Shown: positions 1 to 6,905 of the stretch, piece by piece
Layout: each line of letters begins with the position of its first letter
Numbering within the stretch: the stretch's first letter is position 1
Assembly: GCF_000146505.1 (NCBI RefSeq)
Contig: NC_017448.1
Coordinates: 3,000,001-3,032,000, forward strand
Length of the DNA: 32,000 bases
DNA from: Fibrobacter succinogenes subsp. succinogenes S85
GTDB taxonomy: Bacteria; Fibrobacterota; Fibrobacteria; Fibrobacterales; Fibrobacteraceae
Reading direction: 5' to 3'
The notes under the pieces: model-generated
The model's input: only the letters and a program-made list of their open reading frames with translations
Databases searched by the model: none
What the model was told of the DNA's origin: nothing
Made by a program: the position numbers and the translations under genes

Positions 1-610
1 TGCCCGCCTTGAGGAGGCTGACCTTGCCCCAGAACTCGTAGCCGTCCATGTTGAAGTCCTTGCGTGGGAGGCCAATCTTTTCAATTTCGCTCGGCTGCAC
101 GTGGAAGTCGTAGGTGATGTTATGGACGTTGAAGAAGAACGGGATGTTGTGGAATGTTTCCTGGTAGACCGTGTGGCAAAGAGCGCCGACGAGTGCTCCG
201 CCCCATTCGTGTCCGAGAATTGCCTGGAACTTGAAGTCGCTTTGGGCGCAGTACGTGAGTACGGCGGATGCGAACATGGCGAATCTCAGGTGGTTGTCGC
301 TGTAAGGCAGCGAGTGCGGTGGCCCGTAAACGTAGGGTCTGCCGAAATATTCCTCGTTGTATATATAAGTGTGGAGTGGATCGTCGTCAGAACGCCAGAC
401 CTCAAACGGCTTGTCCTGTAGCGCTTCGACGCCCTTGAAAACGCAATGATACTTGTCGGGGTCTACAATATGGTCTTTGTAGAACGGCGAACAGGTAATA
501 ACCTGGGACCCGGCATTGGCAAATGCCTGTGTCATGCAGTTTACTGCAGTTGCAAGGGGGCTCGGTACCTTCCAGTTCCCCGCTTCTGGAGTTACGACGA
601 GTATATTCAT
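1..610 (-). CDS. Glycogen/starch-synthase-like glycosyltransferase (GT5-like), N-terminal part; the 3' end runs off the window
   Basis: Absent from the ORF track because it is open at the window edge. Reverse translation from the ATG at 610..608 gives MNILVVTPEAGNWKVPSPLATAV...ILGHEWGGALV...FFFNVHNITYDFHV...DGYEFWGKVSLLKAG. These match the HxHDW, TIHN and LKxG blocks of GlgA-type synthases. The canonical KTGGL motif is not conserved. Confidence 0.6.
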   Translation of the reverse strand, partial: MNILVVTPEAGNWKVPSPLATAVNCMTQAFANAGSQVITCSPFYKDHIVDPDKYHCVFKGVEALQDKPFEVWRSDDDPLHTYIYNEEYFGRPYVYGPPHSLPYSDNHLRFAMFASAVLTYCAQSDFKFQAILGHEWGGALVGALCHTVYQETFHNIPFFFNVHNITYDFHVQPSEIEKIGLPRKDFNMDGYEFWGKVSLLKAG

Positions 611-639
611 TGTTTTTTTATACACTCCAAATAAAAATT

Positions 640-657
640 TACCTATAAAAATAGGTA
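640..657. promoter_or_regulatory. Perfect 7-bp inverted repeat TACCTAT-AAAA-ATAGGTA in a divergent promoter region
   Basis: Read directly. It lies in the AT-rich 158-bp gap between the divergent GlgA-like gene (start 610) and the lipoprotein gene (start 769). Confidence 0.3.
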
Positions 658-768
658 TGTATAAATTTATTTATTTAAATTTCAACTGAAAGGGTGAATT
701 TTATTTTTTAACCTGATAAAGAGTCCTTTTCAATATTTTTTACCAAAACTTCATCTGAAGGATACAAA

Positions 769-1824
769 ATGAAGAAGATTTTCATTGCTGCTTTGGCTAC
801 TGCCGTCGCCTTGACGATGACTGGCTGTAAGGGTACTAACGAAAAGCGCGGCGACGAACACCTTAAGGAAGGCCGTTTCCGCAATGCTATCAACTCTTAT
901 CTTGAGGCGAAGAAGAAGGGCAAAATGTCCGATGAATTCTTTGACAACTTCACCCTCGCTCTCGTGCGTGCCGGTGATATGGAATCCAAGAAGGACTTGA
1001 GCAGCGATCTCATCAACAACTATTTTGAAAAGGCTGCTTCGAACATCGGTAAGGTTAAGGAAGACGCCACTGTTGAAGAATACGTCAAGACGCTCGGCGA
1101 TATAGGTAAGCGCCAGGCCGCCCAGGAAGGCGTTGACTACGCAACGATCATCAATGCTTTTGCAAAGATCGACTCTGCTGAATCTGTCGCAAAGACCCGC
1201 CACATTGCAGAATCTGCCATCAAGAGCATCCGTGAAGAAACTGAAAAGCTCTATGTCGCTCGCAACTTGCAGGAAGCTTTGGGCGAAGACGATCCGGTCG
1301 TGAAGGAATACTTGCTCCTCCGCATGGCTGAAATGGCTCCGACCAACCAGGAAATCCAGACTGCCTTGAACAAGAGCCGTAAGGTCACTCGCGGTTACTT
1401 CCTCATCTTCGGTGAAAACGTTCCGGACTTGAGCGGCAAGCAGCGCGTGGACAAGTGGGGCTACGTGATGGCTCTCCCGACGATCAAGCCGGCTAAGAAT
1501 GGTTTCTCTTGTGAACTCCAGTTCTGGGCTTCTACGGGTAACAACACTGAACTCGACCCGTCCCAGATCAAGCTCGTTTCTACCGATGGCAAGGAAGTCT
1601 ATGCCAAGGGCAACACGGGCTGGTGCGAAGCCGAAGTTCTCGTAGGCAAGAAGGGTGATGAAAAGATTGAAAAGAAGCAGAAGAAGTTCAAGGGCAAGGG
1701 CAAGTTGATGAACGAATTCCAGTGCTCTGTGAACGTAAGCTTCTCTTACCCGAAGGGCTTTGTTCCGGACTACATCGAATACAAGGATAACTTCGGCATT
1801 GGCCGTAAGTACCTCGGTCACTAA
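769..1824 (+). CDS. Lipoprotein of unknown function
   Basis: 351-aa ORF. N-terminus MKKIFIAALATAVALTMTGC is a signal peptide with a lipobox Cys. A strong terminator follows. I recognise no domain. Confidence 0.75.
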   Translation: MKKIFIAALATAVALTMTGCKGTNEKRGDEHLKEGRFRNAINSYLEAKKKGKMSDEFFDNFTLALVRAGDMESKKDLSSDLINNYFEKAASNIGKVKEDATVEEYVKTLGDIGKRQAAQEGVDYATIINAFAKIDSAESVAKTRHIAESAIKSIREETEKLYVARNLQEALGEDDPVVKEYLLLRMAEMAPTNQEIQTALNKSRKVTRGYFLIFGENVPDLSGKQRVDKWGYVMALPTIKPAKNGFSCELQFWASTGNNTELDPSQIKLVSTDGKEVYAKGNTGWCEAEVLVGKKGDEKIEKKQKKFKGKGKLMNEFQCSVNVSFSYPKGFVPDYIEYKDNFGIGRKYLGH

Positions 1825-1844
1825 TTCGTAACGGATTTTAAAGA

Positions 1845-1876
1845 CTGTTTAAGGCTCGCCGCGGATGCGCGGCGGG
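1845..1876 (+). terminator. Rho-independent terminator
   Basis: Stem CGCCGCG (1847-1853) / CGCGGCG (1858-1864), loop GATG, extendable by 2 bp, followed by a T8 run (1869-1876). Confidence 0.85.
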
Positions 1877-1936
1877 TCTTTTTTTTGAGCCGTAGAATAC
1901 GGCTTTATATAAACTAAAATGTGATTTTTCGCTGTT

Positions 1937-1976
1937 TTACGTGAAAAGCGGAATAAAATGAGTGATTTTCACGTAA
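1937..1976. repeat. Inverted-repeat unit 1: TTACGTGAAAA - N18 - TTTTCACGTAA
   Basis: Left arm 1937-1947 and right arm 1966-1976 are perfect reverse complements (11 nt). A paralogous unit lies at 2104-2143. Confidence 0.7.
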
Positions 1977-2036
1977 TTTTGAATATAAATTAAGCTAAAT
2001 TGGGCTGCATTTGAACATTTTAATCCCGAAAAGAGG

Positions 2037-2064
2037 GCGAAAAGCCGTTTCGCAGCTTTTTTTT
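2037..2064 (+). terminator. Orphan terminator-like hairpin with no protein gene upstream
   Basis: GCGAAA (2037-2042) / TTTCGC (2048-2053), 5-nt loop, then AGC and a T8 run (2057-2064). The previous + strand gene already terminates at 1845-1876. Confidence 0.5.
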
Positions 2065-2103
2065 ATGGCAAAAGTTGGCTTAAATGCTTAAAGTTGTCGT
2101 TCT

Positions 2104-2143
2104 TTACGTGAAAAAGTGTAAAAAGGTTGATTGTTTCACGTAA
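2104..2143. repeat. Inverted-repeat unit 2: TTACGTGAAAAA - N18 - TTTCACGTAA
   Basis: Left arm 2104-2115, right arm 2134-2143. Same architecture and spacing as unit 1. A related half-site TTACGTGCAAAA lies at 3463-3474, upstream of the porin gene. Confidence 0.7.
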
Positions 2144-2223
2144 AAAATGGCATTTTTGAAAAATTTGGCGTTTTACAGACGTGTTATGTTGTTTGTTCCC
2201 TGGTCGCAAGGCTTCTTTGGATG

Positions 2224-2253
2224 AACAAAAAGTCCCCGACGGGGTGTCGGGGA
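2224..2253 (-). terminator. Rho-independent terminator of the porin-like gene
   Basis: Perfect 8-bp stem TCCCCGAC (2233-2240) / GTCGGGGA (2246-2253). On the minus strand it is followed by CTTTTTGTT. Confidence 0.75.
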
Positions 2254-2254
2254 T

Positions 2255-2303
2255 CTAATAATAATCGTCTAATGGCTATTGACTAATAACTAACCACTGA
2301 TTA
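2255..2303. repeat. Seven tandem heptads CTAATNN (TAGTCAW family on the minus strand), overlapping the porin stop codon
   Basis: ctaataa taatcgt ctaatgg ctattga ctaataa ctaacca ctgatta. The last three nt (2301-2303) are the porin TAA. Period 7 puts TAA (+) and TAG (-) in all three frames. Confidence 0.7.
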
Positions 2304-3431
2304 GAAATCGGCGTGTGCGCTCATGCCGAGGGCGAACTTAGACTTGCCGACAACCGGGTTCTGGTCCTTGCTGAAGTTGTAGCCGAACCAGAAGACGAGA
2401 TTCGTATTGAGTGTCGGGTAGACGTAGAAGTTCATGCCGAGGAATTCAAATTCATCCTTGCTTACTTCGGCGTCCGGATCGTGGTATTCAAAGCTCAAGC
2501 CGAGAGAGAACTTCTTTGTGATGTTGAAGCTCGGTTCAACGGCGAAGAGCATCTGGTCTTCGGTGAACATCTGGTCGGCGGCCTTGTAGCCTTCGTCCTT
2601 GTTGACGATGGCGTAGAAGTAGTTGAGGCCCAAGTTGAAGATGCCGTAGTTGAGGCTCGGTTCAACTAGGAAGGAGTGGACGGATTCGCCCTTGTACGGG
2701 TGGATGCCGTAAACAGCGTAGATGCTGTAGTTGAGGATTTCGAGGCTCTTGGAGTAGTCGAGTTCTGTACCGAAGAAGTAGGTGTAGCCGCGGCCAACTT
2801 CAGAACCGAAGACCCAGTCCACGCTCGGGGTGATGGTCAAGTGTTCGTCCGGACGGTTCAAAAGCTTGAGGGCGTAGGTGCCGAACACAGCGATTGCGGC
2901 CTTGCTGTCATCGGTAGCGCCGATGTAGAACTTACCGTCGCCAAACTTGTTGTTGCCGACTTCGACACCGAAACCGCGGACGCTCTGGTCGCGGGAGATG
3001 ACGGCGTAACGGCTCGGATCGCGCCAGAAGTAATAATTAAATGTACCTGCGTTGTAGGTCAAGTCACCGAATACGAAGCTTACGTCCTGGAACGGCTTCC
3101 AGCGGAGTTCCACGCCATCGAAGTTGAATGCGGTGTAGCGGTCGTTGTCGCTTGTGATGGCGGTCGAACGGGCGAGGCCATGACGGATTTCAGAAGCCTG
3201 GTCGGAGTTCGTGATATTGCTCTTGGTGTTCGTGAACACGGTCACGGAAACGTTTTCGTCGAGATTTGCCGTCACGGACAAGTCAATGTCCTGGTTTGCG
3301 GCGTTGGTGGGGTCGAATTTCTTATCGAAGTAGCTCGCATAGTCAAAGTCGACGTTACCGTGGATTTCGATGTCGGCGGCTAGGGCAAAACCGGTAGCGG
3401 CCAGGGCAATCGGCAAAATGAGTTTACGCAT
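2301..3431 (-). CDS. Outer-membrane beta-barrel (porin-like) protein
   Basis: 376 aa. Signal peptide MRKLILPIALAATGFALA. Alternating hydrophobic/aromatic beta-strand pattern throughout. C-terminal ...GMSAHADF ends in Phe, as is typical of OMPs. RBS GGAAGGA. Confidence 0.75.
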   Translation of the reverse strand: MRKLILPIALAATGFALAADIEIHGNVDFDYASYFDKKFDPTNAANQDIDLSVTANLDENVSVTVFTNTKSNITNSDQASEIRHGLARSTAITSDNDRYTAFNFDGVELRWKPFQDVSFVFGDLTYNAGTFNYYFWRDPSRYAVISRDQSVRGFGVEVGNNKFGDGKFYIGATDDSKAAIAVFGTYALKLLNRPDEHLTITPSVDWVFGSEVGRGYTYFFGTELDYSKSLEILNYSIYAVYGIHPYKGESVHSFLVEPSLNYGIFNLGLNYFYAIVNKDEGYKAADQMFTEDQMLFAVEPSFNITKKFSLGLSFEYHDPDAEVSKDEFEFLGMNFYVYPTLNTNLVFWFGYNFSKDQNPVVGKSKFALGMSAHADF

Positions 3432-3594
3432 ACAATCCTTCCAAAAAAGATTTATTTGATTTTTACGTGCAAAAGATAGAAATATCTTTGTAGAGAGACC
3501 AATGTTTTGTTAGTTGTACCCCAAAAATACGGATATGCAAAGTCTTGCTGGCTCTAGTTTTGTAAATTTACTAACGTCTTCAATAGAGGTGGAT

Positions 3595-4227
3595 ATGAAA
3601 TTCTCCCCCCGTTTTTTTGTTTTTTTATCGCTTGCGTTAGTGCAAGGTGTTTTTGCGTTGACGGCAGAACAGGTATTGGACAAATCCAAGGCGTGGTTTA
3701 AGTCGGGTAAAGCGTGGAGTCTCAGTTTTAGGGCTCAGGTGTATCAGGCGGATTCTCCGGATATCCGTACTCAGTCGGGGAGCCTCGTTGTTGCCGAAGG
3801 GGACAAATTCAAGCTTGACCTTTCGGGGATTAAATTTTATAGCGATGGCGAGAGCCTTTGGCAGTGGAATGTGGACCAGAAGCAGGTGCTCATCAAGGCG
3901 GTGGAAGACTTGTCAAGTTCGCTCCACCCTTCGGAACTTTTGTTCAAGTATTTGAATTGCAAGGCGCTTGGAATGAGCGAAGGCGAATTTGCCGGGAAAA
4001 AGCTCTGGGTGCTGAAACTCGACCCTGCGAAGTATGCCGGGCAGTTTACCAAGATGGAAGTTTGGCTTTCGCAGAAAGACTTCTCGCCGGTGCGCCTGTT
4101 TACGGAAGACCCTGCGGGGAACGCAACCTGGTATGGCATTATTGACATGAAGGTTGTCAAGAAGGTTTCTAACGATGATTTCAAGTACAAGTCCGTCGCG
4201 GGCGTTGACGAAATCGATATGAGGTAA
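3595..4227 (+). CDS. LolA-like outer-membrane lipoprotein carrier/sorting protein
   Basis: I chose the ATG at 3595 (RBS GAGGTGG) rather than the ORF-track start 3514. Signal peptide MKFSPRFFVFLSLALVQGVFA. Size and the pattern ...FKLDLSGIKFYSDGESLWQWNVDQKQVLI...VWLSQKDFSPVRL... resemble the LolA/LolA-like fold. Confidence 0.55.
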   Translation: MKFSPRFFVFLSLALVQGVFALTAEQVLDKSKAWFKSGKAWSLSFRAQVYQADSPDIRTQSGSLVVAEGDKFKLDLSGIKFYSDGESLWQWNVDQKQVLIKAVEDLSSSLHPSELLFKYLNCKALGMSEGEFAGKKLWVLKLDPAKYAGQFTKMEVWLSQKDFSPVRLFTEDPAGNATWYGIIDMKVVKKVSNDDFKYKSVAGVDEIDMR

Positions 4228-4230
4228 CTT

Positions 4231-5859
4231 GTGAAATTGGGCAAGATGAAAAACATGATTACGAGCCTCCTTGTGGGGGGAACGTTGTGTACAAATGCTC
4301 TTGCGGGCGAAACTCTATTTAGTAACTATGTATTTGCGGTGGGGCCTGCTGGTGGCGATGGCGCCTTGTGGACGTTCTCGCGCGACAATACCTACAGCGG
4401 CATGACCTTGTTGAATTTTAGGGTGGCCGATAACGGTTCCGTGGTGACGGAATCGACGAAAAAGGCTCAGGTGCTGACGGATACGCTCACGGCAGTGCAA
4501 GACGGAATCTTTGAAGATGAACTTGCAGAACGCAGGCGACTCCCGGTGGTTTATACGGGCTCAAAACTCGGGCTTGTGATGCCGATGTTTGCGATGGACA
4601 AGAACGACCGCTACTTGCAACCGGCAGGTTTTTATACCATCCTTGATTTGAACAACCTGATTGAAAATCCGGTGGAAGTTCCGACGGCTGCATCTGATGT
4701 GGAAAAGCCGATGCAGTATACGATGAGCGGCTTTGCTTATGATTCGACGTCGAAACGCCTTTGGGCGGCTCGTGGGGCTTTGGGCTTGATGGTACACGAC
4801 GTATCGAGCAAAAAAGGCGCTACAGATACGACGTTTGTCCTGAACCTGAAGGCGGGTGCGCTTGAGGTTTTCAAGGACAATGGCGAACTGGATTTGGAAA
4901 ACAATCCTGAAGTTTTTGATGTGCGTTTGCACCCTGAAACGGGCGAACTCTGGCTTGCAACTGCTAAGGGCATTTGGGTCAAGTCTTCGAGCGGACTCAA
5001 AAATGTTTCGAAAAACCTCAAGGATTCCCGCGTGACGGGGCTCTGGATGGGCGGCTCTCCGCTCCAGATTATTGCTGAAACGGCCTACAAGAAGGACGAT
5101 AACGTTGTGGGCGGACTTTGGCGCATGTATGGCGAAAAGGCTAGCGACTTTGCCAAGGTGGATTTCCTTGATACGGCTGGAAAGGTGCAGAAGAAGGATA
5201 TCTATGACGAAGCCGATTACACGGTGGGCGATGTCGCCTTTATCGGAAAGACGGCCTTTGTGCTGGTGCGCGCGGTAGGTGGCTCGATTAGCGGTTACCT
5301 CAAACTGGATTCGCTTGGTGCAAAAGCATGGGAACAGGATGAAGACGGCAAGAACCAGTGGCTGTACGGCTATGAAACGGGAGCAACGGATCGCAAGTCT
5401 ATCATTACGTCGATGTGTGCATTCCCGATTTCGAAGAATAGGACAGGGCTTGCGATTGCCACTTATGGAAACGGTGTTTCTGTATCGGCCGACTCGGGCG
5501 CTACGTGGAATGTGGTTTTGAACCGCGCAAAGCTTGACAACAACCTAGGTTCCATTCGCATGGTGCCATCTGTGATTACGCCGGGGGACGAAGCGCTTGT
5601 CTCGTACAAGGTGGGGCGTGAATCTAAAATCACGATTGAAGTGTTCAGCTACGATATGCGCAAGGTACGTACGATTGTAAAGGATGCGGTGCGCAATGCA
5701 GATGCGGTACGCAGCACGAATCCGAAGGAAGATTTTTGGGATGGTCGAGATGACCACGGCAAGGATTGCACGATGGGTGTTTACTACATCAGGGTGAAGG
5801 ACAATCACGGCCACATTGGCTGGGGCAAGGCTATGACGCTTGGAGGTAACTTCAGATGA
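4231..5859 (+). CDS. Secreted beta-propeller-like protein with a C-terminal FlgD-Ig-like / CTD-like domain
   Basis: GTG at 4231 lies 6 nt after GAGG; the ATG at 4246 is an alternative start. Signal peptide ...ITSLLVGGTLCTNALA. Propeller-like repeats (ELWLATAKGIWV, GLWMGG). The C-terminus ...ITIEVFSYDMRKVRTIV...FWDGRDDHGKDCTMGVYYIRV resembles FlgD Ig-like and T9SS-type sorting domains. Confidence 0.6.
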   Translation: MKLGKMKNMITSLLVGGTLCTNALAGETLFSNYVFAVGPAGGDGALWTFSRDNTYSGMTLLNFRVADNGSVVTESTKKAQVLTDTLTAVQDGIFEDELAERRRLPVVYTGSKLGLVMPMFAMDKNDRYLQPAGFYTILDLNNLIENPVEVPTAASDVEKPMQYTMSGFAYDSTSKRLWAARGALGLMVHDVSSKKGATDTTFVLNLKAGALEVFKDNGELDLENNPEVFDVRLHPETGELWLATAKGIWVKSSSGLKNVSKNLKDSRVTGLWMGGSPLQIIAETAYKKDDNVVGGLWRMYGEKASDFAKVDFLDTAGKVQKKDIYDEADYTVGDVAFIGKTAFVLVRAVGGSISGYLKLDSLGAKAWEQDEDGKNQWLYGYETGATDRKSIITSMCAFPISKNRTGLAIATYGNGVSVSADSGATWNVVLNRAKLDNNLGSIRMVPSVITPGDEALVSYKVGRESKITIEVFSYDMRKVRTIVKDAVRNADAVRSTNPKEDFWDGRDDHGKDCTMGVYYIRVKDNHGHIGWGKAMTLGGNFR

Positions 5860-6905
5860 TTAAGTTGAAAAATCTTCTCGTTACGGCTTTGGCGGTGGGC
5901 GCGTTTGCCTCTTCAGCGATGGCGCTTGGATTTACGAAAAAGTCTGAGCTTGGCGGCTTTGACGGCTTTGTAGAACGTATGGGCGGCGGTGTCCGCGAAC
6001 TTGGCCGTGGTAACACGGGTACGGCGGATACGGCTTCTATGCCGGGTGCTTTCTGGAACCCAGCCTTGCTTGGATTCCGTGAAGACATTGGTATCACGAT
6101 GAACTTTGAAAGGCGTGACCTGGACCGCGTGGGCGGTGCATTCGGTATCGAAGGCAAGGTCGGCAAGCGCATGGGCGTTGGCTTTGCGATGCTTTACCGC
6201 GGCGACTCGGATTTCAAGGTGATTGACGATGACGATGAAACGTTGGGTACGGCAGAGCCGTTCTTCTCAATGTTTTACTTGGGCTTTGCTTTCCGTGCGA
6301 CTCGCCGAGATGCATTTGGCCTTTCGCTTTCGATGAGCTATGATAATTTGGATGTAGCGCAGTATTTCGATGGCATTGAAATGGAAGATTCTTTCCGCAG
6401 CCCGGTGACGATTAACTTGAGCTGGTTCCGTCAGTGGAATGACAAGTGGTCTTCTTCTGTGGTCATCCGCAACTTGAGTTTTAGCAAAAACTTGTCTGCA
6501 AAGTGGACGAAAAATCCGAGCAAGGATAATTCGCTGGCGTCAACTGAGGGCGTGCGCCCGAAGGTATTGCAGATTGGGCTTGGCTACCGCACAAAGTTAC
6601 TCGGAAAGAATGTGGGCGCATGGATGGAAGCGATTGACTACCAGGTGGCCGATACGCTTCTGGCTTTTGACCCGCAACTCCATGTTTGGACGGGTCGCGT
6701 GGGCTTTGATTGCGAAATCATCCCGAACGGTACGCTCCGCGTGGGTATGGACGATCTGGACTGGATGTTCGGTGCTGGCTACAAGTTTGAAATTCGCGTG
6801 GGCCGCAAGAGATTCCCGATTGAAGTGGATTATGCGTTCCTCTATGAATCGCGTGCGGGCATCTGGACTCCGTTTACCATTGGGCTTAGGGGATACATTC
6901 CTTGA
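5856..6905 (+). CDS. PorV/PorQ-like (FadL-like) outer-membrane beta-barrel protein
   Basis: The ATG overlaps the upstream stop (ATGA at 5856-5859). Signal peptide ...AVGAFASSAMA. N-terminal motif GGGVRELGRGNTGTADTASMPGAFWNPALLG resembles the G-x-G...A..D...NPA.L signature of PorV/PorQ/UPF0164 barrels. Confidence 0.55.
   Translation: MIKLKNLLVTALAVGAFASSAMALGFTKKSELGGFDGFVERMGGGVRELGRGNTGTADTASMPGAFWNPALLGFREDIGITMNFERRDLDRVGGAFGIEGKVGKRMGVGFAMLYRGDSDFKVIDDDDETLGTAEPFFSMFYLGFAFRATRRDAFGLSLSMSYDNLDVAQYFDGIEMEDSFRSPVTINLSWFRQWNDKWSSSVVIRNLSFSKNLSAKWTKNPSKDNSLASTEGVRPKVLQIGLGYRTKLLGKNVGAWMEAIDYQVADTLLAFDPQLHVWTGRVGFDCEIIPNGTLRVGMDDLDWMFGAGYKFEIRVGRKRFPIEVDYAFLYESRAGIWTPFTIGLRGYIP

Noticed and set aside
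751-1821. 356-aa minus-strand ORF covering the whole lipoprotein gene
   Set aside because: It is antisense to a gene with a clear signal peptide/lipobox, an RBS and a terminator. Its own sequence is low-complexity (L/V/R/A-rich) with no start context. This is a typical shadow ORF.
2255-2303. Possibility that the stop-rich heptad arrays are synthetic all-frame stop cassettes or cloning artefacts
   Set aside because: The copies are degenerate. They occur at two separate native gene ends in both orientations, and they are integrated with the genes' own stop codons and terminators. That argues for a natural repeat family.
2313-3383. Two + strand ORFs (118 and 235 aa) inside the porin-like gene
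   Set aside because: They are antisense shadows with V/E/A/G-rich composition and no RBS. The porin frame has a signal peptide and a C-terminal Phe.
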